Source: Leucoraja ocellata (Eukaryota). From it: DNA of 64,000 nt. Positions 1-11,505 of this stretch are shown here, in pieces. The translations under genes and the position numbers were made by a program. The stretch spans positions 868,001 to 932,000 of the forward strand of contig JAWMAR010000384.1 of assembly GCA_036785375.1 (NCBI GenBank), read 5' to 3'. The notes beneath the pieces were generated by a model, which searched no databases, was not told the DNA's origin, and saw only the letters and a program-made list of their open reading frames with translations. Position 1 is the stretch's first letter. Every line of letters begins with the position of its first letter.

Positions 1-1439
1 TAAAACTCTGTGGCTGGCTGCTGGTTGGCTGTGTTTCTGCCTGACTTGTGGTTCCCAGCCTGTGGGAGCCAGCCTTTGATTCGTTGCTACGCCAACACCA
101 GACCCACAAATGCCCAGAATGTTTCCATTTCGGTAGAGATTTCATTTTTCATTCCAAGTATCCACTCCTGATTAAATTTCGTCGTGTTTATGTACAAATT
201 TTAAATGAAATCCTTTTGGGGATTAATGTGTTGTTGGCCAGAAACTGCATCGATTTCCTATCCCTATCTATTGCTCTAATATCCTTAGTGAAGAAAAGTC
301 GCTTTACTTAGGAGTCCAGGGCCGAAGTATTATATAATATAGTTTATCAAAGTAGGCGAGGGGACGTTTGAAGGGGGCACACTTTGCATGCCTTTTTAAA
401 CAGAAAGTGTGCAACGCTTTGCTAGAAGAAGCGGTGTAAGTAGATACCCAGCAAGGTTGCAAGGTTCAAGAGGCATTTAGGCAAACACGTGAACAGATAG
501 GGAATGGAGGGATATAGACATTATATATGGCAGGCAGATGATATTGGCATTAGGTTCGCACAGACATTGTGGGCCATCGTGGATAGATCTGAAGTTATGA
601 CGCTGACATCGTGTTTAACAGCATTCACGCGGATGATGAGCGAGAGAGGCCGACAGCATTTATACATGGCATGAGTGTAAGTCTATGATTTTCTCGCCGG
701 TCCTGGCGCTCACACATAGACATCTTCGAAAGGCAACGGTAAAATATTGTAATGACATTACGAGACAGGAGAAAATGCGCCCTTTTGGGTCAGTACCTGT
801 CACAGAGGGCAGTGGAGGCCAAATCACTGGATGGATTTAAGAGAGTTAGAGCTCTAGAGGCTAGTGGAATCAAGGGATATGGGCAGAAGGCAGGCACGGG
901 TTATTGATTGGGGACGATCAGCCATGATCTCATTGAATGGCGGTGCTGGCTCGAAGGGCCGAACGGCCTCCTTCTGCACCTACTTTCTATGTTTCTATGT
1001 CTCTATGAAAAGATTCAGAACAAATGAGACCCGATATCGATGACCAGGGAAAGGTGGAGCTCACAATGGATAACCAGGACACTACGGGAACAGAAGGAAA
1101 AGGCAAGGCCGGGAAGACTCAAATCTTTGTTTTCGGCTCCTTCATTACGCGCCACAGGAGAAATTGGGAAGAAAATGGGCATGATAATGGCAGCCTGAGA
1201 ATAATGGGAATTGGTCCCTTTGAACAGGGAAGGTATAATGGTGATTTGAATGAGGGGCATAGTCAAGGCGTTTTAATTGACCATTTTTTTCCGAGTGAAA
1301 GTAGGCTCAGTATTTACAGATTTAGAGGCATTGCCAAAATAACTAACCAGCAGGTGAGCAATTGCAGATATGTGACCATTTATTCGAATCCGCAAAAAAT
1401 GCATACAATCCGGATAATTTAGAAAAGATAAGACACATA

Positions 1440-1845
1440 ATGAGATCATGGCTGAAACTTACAAAGTTCTTAGGGGGTTGGACAGGCTAGATGCAGGAAG
1501 ATTGTTCCCGACGTTGGGGAGGTCCAGGACAGGGGGTCACAGTTTAAGGAAAGGGGGGAAATCTTTTGGGACCGAGATGAGGAAAACATGTTTTCACACA
1601 TCTCTGGAATCTCTGAAATTCTTTGCCACAGAAGGTAGTTGAGGCCAGTTCATTGGCTATATGTAAGAGGGAGTTAGATGTGGCCCTTGTGGCTAAAGGG
1701 ATCAGGGGGTATGGAGAGAAGGCTGGTGCAGGATACTGAGTTGGATGATCAGCCATGATCATATTGAATAGCGGTGCAGGCTCGAAGGGCCGAATGGCCT
1801 ACTCCTGCACCTATTTTCTAAGTTTCTATGTTTCTATGTTTCTAT
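1440..1845 (+). mobile_element. CR1-clade LINE 3' end (present in every unit)
   Basis: ETYKVLRGLDRLDAGRLFP...TGGHSL C-terminal motif, 3' UTR, (TTTCTATG)n tail. Confidence 0.8.
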
Positions 1846-1849
1846 AAAG

Positions 1850-2010
1850 CTGGAGTAAATTAGCGGGTCAGCCAGCATCTCTGGAGAAAATGAATAGGTG
1901 ACATTTCGGATCGAGACCTTTCTTCAAACAGTCTGAAGAAGGGTCTCGCCCCAAAACGTCCCCGATTCCTTTTCTCCAGAGATGCTTTCTGACCCGCTGA
2001 TTTACTCCAG
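1850..2010. repeat. ~160-bp imperfect palindrome, probably Penelope-like-element derived (one per unit; related copy ~13688-13832)
   Basis: CTGGAGTAAAT...CATCTCTGGAGAA / TTCTCCAGAGATG...ATTTACTCCAG arms around CTTCAAACAGTCTGAAG. Confidence 0.65.
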
Positions 2011-2897
2011 ATCTTTGTGTCTATCTTTGCTTTAAACCAGCATCTGCAGCTCCTTCCCATTCTTTCAGACTCAAGCACAGGTTGCTCATGTAACGTGAAA
2101 ATAATTGGGAATAAAGCTTGGAATAAGCGAAAAGCGATTTGTGACAGAGGTCAGGGGTTTGTCCGTGACTGGTTGTCCTCTAACTATAGCATATAGTTCC
2201 CTCATTGTTCGCTATTAACCCTGCCCCCGTCCTATTCTCACCCCCCCCCCCCCCCTCTCTCTTTCTGCAGGTGTCTATATGAAGCTGCCGTGCACTCATC
2301 GCATCTTTCTGTAGATATTATCTTGCTTTATTGAGAGTGTTGTTGCCCAGTTCCAGTGTAATACCACCGTGAGACACGTGCACGCCACATACAAACTCAG
2401 TGGCAGTTCCGCTAACGCCAATAATCACCCCGTGTCTTTAAAGCTGACAATCAGAAGAAATAAAGAAGAAATAAGGAATAATGTTTGTAAATATTTAAAT
2501 ACAAACCCCGTCACCGATTAGTGTGAAGGTCACGGCCTTCTGTGATGAAGGAGTTTATGGCGTTTCCAAATTTCCAGATTTCCACGTATGGCCACGTATT
2601 TTATTTAATTATGTAGCGGTACACCTTGTGAACAAAGACATATTTAACAAACCCTGAACGCACGTGGCTGATATGGACGTTTTTGATTTTTTTTAAACAG
2701 CCTGAAATGTCTAATCTATTTCTCACTTCCCACATACCGCCCGACTTACTGAGTATGAACAGTATTTTCTGTTTATTTCTGTGATAATTTGGGGTTTAAG
2801 ACCACCTTTGCCCTGCTAGGTTTGTACGGTTCTATGGTTCGGGTCAGAAATAAACCAGAGGGAATCAACAATGCATTTGAAATGCGTTTTTTTAAAC

Positions 2898-2903
2898 TTT
2901 ATT
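2898..2903 (-). terminator. Polyadenylation signal AATAAA of cluster 1 (copies at 16891, 28565, 42080, 53755)
   Basis: AATAAA on the minus strand about 265 nt after the C stop, kept in all five units. Confidence 0.7.
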
Positions 2904-3166
2904 GAACGGCTACAAAGATACCATGGGTACAATAACAACATCCATGCTGTTGGATAACGCAATTGAATCTACTTGATGCTTCATTCAAGAACGACATTAT
3001 TTCGAAAGAACTACATTTAAAGTGAACGTCATAAAAATCGAAGTTTCAACTACAAATGGCATTTCTGAACGAAAACACTGAAGTCCAATACATTACTAAC
3101 TTTGTCACATGGACGAACCCAATGATGATAAACTAACTTAGTCAGGTCAGGCTCACGTTTCCAACA

Positions 3167-3489
3167 TCAGATACAGCTGGATCTCATGATATCTGTCTTA
3201 AGTGGGTTTGCCTGAGCCTGGTGTGTAACCACACAGGAGTAAAGGTCGTGTAAGTTCCAGTCTGAGGCTGTCAGAGTCAGGTAACTGCTGAGACTGAACG
3301 TGTTGTCCTTATCCTGCTGGATCGGGCTGGTCTCAACGTCGCTATTTCTTGCACTGCCGTCGACTGTCCATTCAACAGCCACCGAGCCCGGATTAAAGCC
3401 GTTCACCAAACACACCAGGGTGGCGGTGCCCTTTGAGGTAACTTCATCGGCTGAAGGCGGCAGGACCGTCACGATCGGTGCCCGAGGAT
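3167..3489 (-). CDS. IGLC: Ig light chain cluster 1, constant exon (lambda/type II-like)
   Basis: CAG acceptor; DPRAPIVTVLPPS...ATLVCLV..F.P...W...SSYLTL...YSCVVTH...RSSCI*; C1-set domain with penultimate Cys. Confidence 0.95.
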
Positions 3490-4310
3490 CTGTTTAATAA
3501 GAAGTCACATTTAATTGGAGAAATGCTGTCGTTGAGATATCATTATTTACCGAAAATACATCTCATTAAAGCACTCATTTATTCATTTACTAGAAATGCC
3601 GTTTCATTCTCGACCTATTTCAAACCATTATAGTGTGTTTATTTTAATTGGGTGAACAATAAATAAAGTGCGTGAAAGCAACTAAAATAGATCCTGTCTA
3701 CCCTCTGTATGAACACCGGGAAACCATCTGTGATAGATCATGGCTGCAGTATTTTATAAAACTGAATACATTATTATAACTTTTATAATGTTCATTTTCC
3801 TGCACATTTCCGGATTTACATTTATTTAAATATATCAGCAGATATAAACGATTCGCGGTCGCGACATTTATAATAACAGATTTAAACTTATTTAATTGTC
3901 GGCACCATTGAGATGGAGGGTGACGCTACTTAAGTTCGGCAAAAATATATGGAAGGCCACGGTCACCGATTCGCAGATATAGTTCACAAGCAAGAATGAC
4001 ATTGTAGTTCGAATGTCCATTTAAATTTGAAATACACGGCTGCGTCCACGAAAAGCTGCTCTACGTATTAAACACAATTTCTGAAGGAAATGTGCGAAAC
4101 TTTCTCCTTTCGCATTTGGCATTTTGATATCCTTGTTCAACCCGTCAACCGGATTTTTGACAGTGTTGAATATTGACGTTGGCGAAACCCGTTACCCAAG
4201 CAATTTCCTTTGATATGTGGGCAATCACTGCAAATATTTCCGCAATTTATTGAACGAAGCTCAAGACAAAGCATTAGCTCGCTTTCCCAGTCATTTCACT
4301 GAGTTATGGC

Positions 4311-4389
4311 CAAGTGAACTCGGAACATCTGTACAGCAAGATCGCACCATCTGCACTGAAATACAACTGGCCCAATCACGTATCATGTG
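4311..4389. promoter_or_regulatory. Candidate J-C intronic enhancer, cluster of five E-boxes
   Basis: CAAGTG, CATCTG, CATCTG, CAACTG, CATGTG within 79 bp; copies at 17841-17918, 29992-30070, 43507-43585, 55182-55260. Confidence 0.5.
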
Positions 4390-4471
4390 AACTCAGGACA
4401 TTAAATCAAGCAATATCTGCATTAAAACAAAAAGAAAACAGCGCGCTGTTCGAAGAATATATTTTACTTAC

Positions 4472-4816
4472 CGCCAATACTCAGCCTCGTTCCTTTACCG
4501 AAATATAAACCACTATCCCCTTTGGCACAGTAATAGTCAGCAGCATCCACCGATTGAACGCTAGATATTGCGAATGTTACAGAGCTGCCTGACACCGAGA
4601 TGGAAAACCGGTCTGGAATGTCCGTGCCTTTATAAATGCTGCCGCTGTAAGTATGGACGAATAGAAACTTGGGAGTTTTGCCAGGAATCTGTTGGTACCA
4701 CGAGACATAGTTAGCGCCCGAACTGGTACCCGATATGGTGCAGGGTATTTGTATGTTCTGTCCCGTAGAGGTGGACATCGAAGGCGGCTGAGTTACTGTA
4801 ACAGCCGCGCTTATGT
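4472..4816 (-). CDS. IGLV: Ig light chain cluster 1, germline-joined VJ exon
   Basis: Polypyrimidine-CAG acceptor; YISA/AVTVTQPPS...C...WYQQ...DAADYYC-AKGDSGLY-FGKGT; GTAAGT donor; V runs directly into the J FGxG motif. Confidence 0.95.
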
Positions 4817-4937
4817 CTGAGAAAGGAGAAATATCAGAAAAAAAAGAAAATTGTTAAGTTTGTTGAAGTGTGGGAGGTAACCCCAAATTAATGGTGAACA
4901 GAAATAAGTATAATGTCCAGGAAAGTAAAATACTCAC

Positions 4938-4986
4938 AAACTGCGCAAAACACCAACGCACCGACCACACGGATCCAATAAGACAT
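4938..4986 (-). CDS. Ig light chain cluster 1, leader exon (MSYWIRVVGALVFCAV)
   Basis: ATG at 4986, hydrophobic signal peptide, 49 nt then GTGAGT phase-1 donor; 121-nt intron to V exon. Confidence 0.92.
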
Positions 4987-5062
4987 GTTCATTAACCGAC
5001 TGAGCTCCGATGGGGCGGCAGTTTCCAGGACAAGTGGCGTGTAATCTTGCTCTCTGGCTCTC

Positions 5063-5141
5063 TTTATAAATGGAATGACGATATGTCACCGTGTGTTTAA
5101 TTATCCAAACCAATCAAACCGGTATGCTCGTCGAAGCCAAT
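5063..5141 (-). promoter_or_regulatory. Putative IgL promoter: TATA box, CRE half-site, two CCAAT boxes (copies at 18619-18697, 30744-30822, 44250-44328, 55934-56012)
   Basis: TTTATAAA 5063-5070 about 80 nt upstream of ATG; TGACG 5076-5080; AACCAATCA and AGCCAATCA (CCAAT at 5110 and 5137); present in all five copies. Confidence 0.65.
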
Positions 5142-6328
5142 CAGAAATTGCCAGATTCTTCCTCAAAATATTCGCCCCTGTGAAACATGCAGGTCTTATT
5201 TTAGAGACTTGTGTTTCTAAAAAGCTTCATACATCCAGCAGAATGAAAAGGATTGTCACAGTTGTCCCTTCTTTATAAACAAACAATCTATAATGTTCTG
5301 TATGAACCCCCCGCAGATATACACTAAACAGATTGCGAGTTTTAAATATTATATTCAGTAACTGTTTGATCAACAATGAAAACGGAATAGAAATATTTTA
5401 TCTAAACGGACCAACTGAATCCGTATCGCAGATTTCCTTCGCTCCCTCACCCGCTGAGTTTCTCCAACATTTTTGTCTACCTCCGTATCGCTGAACATAA
5501 CATGATCACAGTCGCAGCATCAGCACTGTTTTAGTAAATATCACATTAAATCTATATTTAGATACCTTTGCCATTTTAGAAATGATAAACCCCACAGGCT
5601 GCCCTTCTACTTGTGTATCGGATCATTTAGAAAAGACCTGAGGGGACAGAAGATCATTACAAATGTCAGTAAAGTTGCCGTTTTTGGAGGCTATTTTTGA
5701 CCACCCGACGTGTCTCGTGCTTGTAAAAGTGGTCTGTGATACTATCCTGTTGTAATGCGCAGTAATTCACGACTCAAAGTGTAAATGTTGCCTGTACCAA
5801 ATCAATGCACATATGAGTGAAGTAAAAGGGGTCATATTGGCTCTCGCCGCCTACTTTCAGAGTTCTTTCGACTTTGAAGGAAGACAGGAATTCTATGTAC
5901 AGCACATCCATATTCAATTAAAGTTGAATGGAACACGGGCACTCCAGCACGGGCACGGGCAAAACTGACAAGGGAGAAACTTTGCAACGTGAACACGCGA
6001 AAGATTGCACTGGCTCATGGCTGTTCATTATTACCTCCGCAAATGCCGATCCGCAGATGCTACATGATGCCCCATAGAGTCAAAGAGAGTCAGTCATAGA
6101 GTGTGGAAACAGGCCCTTCGGCCCAACTTTCACACATCGACCACCGACCCATCTACACTCGTCCCACCTGCCCGTATTGGGTCCATATCCCTCCAAATCC
6201 GTCATATCCATTTACCTGTCTAACTGTTTTTTAAACGTTGGGATAGTCCTTGGCACAACTATCTCCTCTGGCTGCTTGTTCCATACTCCCACCACCCTCT
6301 GTGGGAAAAGGTTACCCCTCATATTCCT

Positions 6329-7319
6329 TTCTATCTTAAAAATATATATTTTTATTGTTTTTTTCCAAAAAAAAGCAAAAATAAAACATAAAAAACAGAA
6401 CAAAAAGAATAATGATAAACATAACAATGGTATTGATACATAGGGATCAGGATTACATTAATAACAGATATAACCTGATATGAGACCAATGTCAAAATAC
6501 ACAATGAATATAGACCTCCAGGTCTCTATGTTAATATAGTTAAATCTTTAAAAGGAAACTTATAAATGTAAAAAAAAGCACAAAAAGAAAAAGACCCCCC
6601 CCCCTAAACTAAAGAAAGAAAAAAAAGAGAAAAATTGATAATAATAATAATAATAATAATAAAATACGCATAAAAATAAAATAGTTTAAAAAAAAAACAA
6701 AGCAAAGCAAACCCGAATATGAACTGAGAATTTCAACAATGTAAGTCTGTTTGTCGTCAGGTCTGTTCCACCCTATAGAGATAAAATATTTTTTATAACG
6801 GTTAAAGAGGGAGCAATTTATGTTGTATGAAAATGTTCAATACATTTTACCCAAGTCTTATCAAATTTAACCAAGGGTTCAACAGTGTCACTGCTGATTT
6901 TTTTCAAAATGTAAACATGATATCGTTTCCGAATACCACTGGAGTGTGGTCGGAGGGTTAGGAGTCTTTCCATTTGAATAAAATAGATCTTCTGGCGATT
7001 AATGTGGTAAAAGCAATCAACCGATGAGGGGAGCGGGACAAATGATTAGAATCTAACATTGGCAGCCCAAAATTGCAGTAATTCCAGTTTGTAAACCTAT
7101 GCCTAAGACTACAGAAATAGTAACAAAAAATTATTTCCAATATTTTTCCAAAGAAGGGCAGGACCAAAACATATGGGTCAGTGAGGCCACTTCAGATTTA
7201 CATCTGTCACAGGTAGGATTCATATGACCATAAACACGAGATAACTTATCTTTTGACATATGAGCTATGTGAACCACCTTGAATTGTATCAAAGCGTGTC
7301 TTGCACACATTGAATAGGA
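6329..7319 (-). mobile_element. 5'-truncated L1-clade LINE with 15-bp TSD (also 19891-20878, 32009-32991, 57199-58184; absent in unit 4)
   Basis: CDRC...HMFWSC CCHC motif of L1 ORF2 C-terminus; TSD ACCCCTCA[T/G]ATTCCT at 6314-6328 and 7320-7334; interrupts an older LINE. Confidence 0.8.
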
Positions 7320-7990
7320 ACCCCTCAGATTCCTATTAAATCTTTGCCCGTCACCATGAACCCGATCCTCCTCTGGGCAAGGGACATCAACCCGATCTAT
7401 TCCTCTCACGACCCTATACACCTCTATGAGGTTTCCCTTCAACTTCTGCGCTCCAAAGAATAGAGACCCAGCCTACTCAACCCCTCCCTATACCTCACAC
7501 CATCTAGTCATGGCAACATCCTCGTAAATCTTCTCTGTACCATTTCCAGCTTGTTGAAATCTTTCCTATAACATAGTGCCCAGACTGAACACAATAATCT
7601 AAATGTGACGTCACCAACGTCTTATACATCTGCAACAAGACCTCCCAACCTCGATACTCATTACTCTGGCTGATGAAGGCCAATGTGCCAAAAGCCTTTT
7701 TGACCACCCGATCTACCGTCGACTGCGTAGGTCCTGCCTATGTTAGAATTCCCAAAATGCACCACTTCACATTTCTCTGCATTAAATTCCATCAACCATT
7801 CCTCAGCCTACCTGGCCAATTGATCCAGATCCTGCTGCACTTTTTCACAACCATCTCTGCTATCTGCAAAACCTCCCACGTTTGTATCATCTGCAAACTT
7901 GCTAATCTTACCAAGTATGATCCCATTCAAAGCATTGATATAGATGACAATCATTAACGGGCCCAGAACCGAACCCTGAGGCACACCCTG
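7320..7990 (-). mobile_element. Older CR1-type LINE fragment, host of the L1 insertion (3' part at ~6090-6328)
   Basis: GVPQGSVLGP, FADDT, YKTLV.SHLDYCVQ motifs. Confidence 0.75.
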
Positions 7991-8149
7991 TGTTACTCCA
8001 GCACTTTGTGTTTTATCATGATTCCAGCATCCGCAGTTCCTTGTGTCTCTGTGTTCCCACTTTTGGATGGCGAATAAATACTGCGTTCCCAAAGACTCAA
8101 TCATCATACAAATGAATAACGTTGATGAATTAGATGTGTCCAAGTTAGT

Positions 8150-9262
8150 TAGAAACATAGAGAATATGTGCAGGAGGAGGCCATTTGGCCCTTTGAGCCT
8201 GCACCGCTATTCATTGTGATCATGGCTGATCATCCACAATCAGTAACCCGTGCATGCCTTCTCCCCATAACCCTTGATTCCGCTAGCCCCGAGAGCTCTA
8301 TCTAACTTTTAAATTCGTCCAGTGAATTGGCCTTTACGGCCTTCTGTGGCAGAGTATTCCACACATGCACAACTGGGTGAAAAAATTGTTCTCCTCTCAA
8401 TTTTAAATGGCCTCCACTTTATTCTTAGATTGTGCCCCCTGGTTCTGGGCTCCCCCATCATTGCGAACATTTTTCCTGCGACTAGCTTGTCCAGTTTTTT
8501 TAATAATTTTATACGTTTCTATAAGATGCCCCCTCATCCTTCTAAATACCAGTGAATACAAGACCAATTTTTCCAATCTTTCATCATATGAGATTCGCGC
8601 CATCGCAGGGATTAACCTCTTAAACCTACGCTGCACTGCCTCAATAGCAAGGATGTCTTTCCTCAAATTAGGAGACCAAAACTGCACACAATACTCGAGA
8701 TGTGGTCTCACGAGGGCCTTGTACAACTGCAGAAGGATACCTTTACTCCTCTACTCAAAACCTCTCGTTATGAAGGCCAGCGCCTCATTAGCTTTCTTCA
8801 CTGCCTGCTGTATCTGCATGTTTTCTTTAATTGACTGGTGTACATGGACACTCAGGTCTCGCTGCACTTCCATTTTTCCTAATCTGACACCATTGAGATT
8901 TGATTGAAATTTGCCTCCTTGTTCTTGCCACCAAAATGGACAAACTCACAATTGTTTACATTATACTGCATCTGCCTTGCATCTGCCCACTCACTCAACC
9001 TGTCCAAGTCAACCTGCAACCTCCTAGCATCCTCTTCGCCGTTCACAATGCCACCCAACTTTGTGTCGTCTTTAAATATGCTAGTGTTACTTTTAATCTC
9101 ATCATCTAAATCATTAATATATATATATTGTAAATAGTTGCGGCCCCAACACTGAGCCTTGCGGCACTCCACTCGCCTCTGCCGGCCATTCTGGCAGGGA
9201 CCCGTTTATTCCTACTCTTTGTTTCCTGTTTCCAAACCAATCCTCTACCCATGTCAATGCCA
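8150..9262 (-). mobile_element. 5'-truncated CR1-clade LINE (paralogues ~21700-22810, ~33813-34923, ~59013-60130)
   Basis: YINDLD..F.DDTKL and LYKALVRPHLEYCVQFWSP motifs; CR1 3' UTR and tail. Confidence 0.85.
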
Positions 9263-10419
9263 TGTCAAAGATTGAGCAGAGTGCATTGACGAAGGATTGT
9301 TTAAAGTTGAACAGTCAAGAAAGTGGCCAAGGTGTACGAACAAAACAGCGTTGACCCCGCTGCACTTCCAGTTGTCTATTGGGATATCTTAATTTCATTC
9401 TGAGAGACATCCGAGACTATCTCGGCCCTTGCTTTAATAACTGACTTACTGTTACTTGAGTACAAAGAAGAACAACTAATTTTAAAACTGAGTTTACTTT
9501 TGTTTCGAGATCAGATTTATTCATTGTATAAATGAATGTTTCGATCCAGCTGACGGAACTCATCTTCATGAGATACAGATAAAGACTGCACATTAGATCA
9601 TGACCCAGAAATGTGCAAGGACTTTCGAGTTCTCCAGACTAGCTATAGCAAACAGGAATCTGGAAGAGGAGAAATTCATGTGACTTCTTATTATTAACCG
9701 CCGTCTCTATCAGTTCAGGCTTAACGAGCAGAAGGGAATGAGATTTCCTGGTTTATGAATATTTTCTCGTATTTTCTATAATAAAGATCGTGTTGGAACC
9801 AAAATAATCTATCTCCATTCCATCTCATTCCAGTTCCCCACTCAATATCAAATTCTCAAGACTCTGATAATCCATAAAAAATAGCAAAATGGCTGTGATC
9901 ACATCCTCGCCACATGTCGTGATGACCTCAGCTCCGAAAACGTTCAAGAAGTCCGACATTTTACAGGATTAAGTTTTTATTTTAATGACATAATCCCATC
10001 CTTTGTCTCTCTTTGCCACAAGTGCAACAAGCCCACAGTCTGTGCCGTCAACATAATCCATTCTAATCATATTGTATAGCCTCAACAAAATGGTCTCAAA
10101 GGCATTCAAGAACCAGACGCATAATTCATGTTCATAAATTCATTGTTCTAGGAGCAGAATTAGGCCATTCGGCCCATCAAGGTTGCTCCACCATTCAATA
10201 ATGGCTGATCCAACTTAACCTCTCTACCCCATTCTCATGTCTTATTTCCGTACCCTCTGTCACCCATAACCAATCAAGAATCTGTCAATCCGGAATTTAA
10301 AATTATTAAATTATTAAAGATGTAATTGCAGCGTATTTGGAAAGCAATGAAGGGATCGGACAACGTCAGCGTGGATTTATGAAGGGGAAATCATGCTTGA
10401 CTAATCTTCTGGAAACTTC

Positions 10420-11505
10420 TGGAAATCCATCCAGTGATTTGGCCTCCACTGCCCTCTGTGGCAGGGAATTCCACAAATTCACAACTCTCTGGGTGAAAAA
10501 GTGTTTTCTCACCTCAGTCTTAAATGGCCTCAAAGATTGTGGCCCATGGTTCTGGACTGGCCCAGCATTGGGGACATTTTTCCTGCATCTAGCTTGTGCA
10601 GTCCTTTTTATAATTTTATATGTTTCTATATCCTTCTAAACTCCAGCGAATACAAGCCTAGTATTTTCAATCTTTCCTCATAGGACAGTCCCGCCATCCC
10701 AGGGATCAATCTCGTGAACCTACGCTGCATTGCTTCAATCACAAGGATGTCCTTCCTCAGATTAGGAGACCAAAACTGTACGCAACACTCCAGATGTGGT
10801 CTTACCAGAGCCCTATACAACTGCAGAAGAACCTCTTTACTCCTATACTGAAATTCTCTTCTTATGAAGGCCAACATTAGCTTTCTTCACTACCTGCTGT
10901 ACCTGCACGCTAACTTTCGGTGACTGGTGTACAATGACGCCCAGGTCTCGCTGCACCTCCCCCTTACCTAACCTAACCCCATAGAGATAATAATCTTCTC
11001 CCTTGTTGTTGCCGCCGAAGTGGATAACCTCACATTTATCTATATTATACTGCATCTGCCACGCATTTGCCCACTCACTCAACCTGTCCAGGTCACCCTG
11101 CAACCACCTAACATCCTCTTCACAGTTCACACTGCCACCCAGCTTTGTGTCATTAACAAAGGCTTTCTGAATGTCTAGATATACTAAATCCACTGGCTCC
11201 CCTTCATCCATTTTATTTGTCATATCCTCAAAAAATTCCAGAAGATTAGTCAAGGATGATTTCCCTTTCATACATCCATGTTGACTTGGACTAATCCTTT
11301 TACTGCTATTCAAATGCTCTATTATTACATATTTAATAATTGACTCCAGCATCTTTCCCACCACCGAAGTCAGGCTAACTGGTCTGTAATTCCCCGTTTT
11401 CTCTCTCACTCCTTTCTTGAAAAGTGGGATAACATTAGCTATCCTCCAATCCACAGGAACTGACCCTCAATGTATTGAACATTGGAAAAATGATCACCAG
11501 TGCGC
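10420..11505 (-). mobile_element. CR1-clade LINE RT fragment with internal deletion (paralogues ~23460-24728 and ~61955-62930)
   Basis: RT ORF 10843-11454 jumps from DIQKAF to DTKL. Confidence 0.85.

Noticed and set aside
1024-1422. 132-aa plus-strand ORF MRPDIDDQGK... as a novel gene
   Set aside because: Start, frame and length differ among paralogues; no recognisable domain; lies in the inverted-repeat flank
3300-3497. Plus-strand 65-aa ORF over the C exon
   Set aside because: Antisense shadow of the Ig C coding frame
4526-4532. Cryptic heptamer CACAGTA (TACTGTG at the YYC codons) as a V-replacement RSS
   Set aside because: No nonamer-like sequence at 12 or 23 bp; the motif follows from Tyr-Cys-Ala codon usage
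5075-5278. Recurrent ORF MTICHRVFNYP... antisense in the promoter
   Set aside because: Recurs only because the unit is duplicated; frameshifted between copies (67 vs 95 aa)
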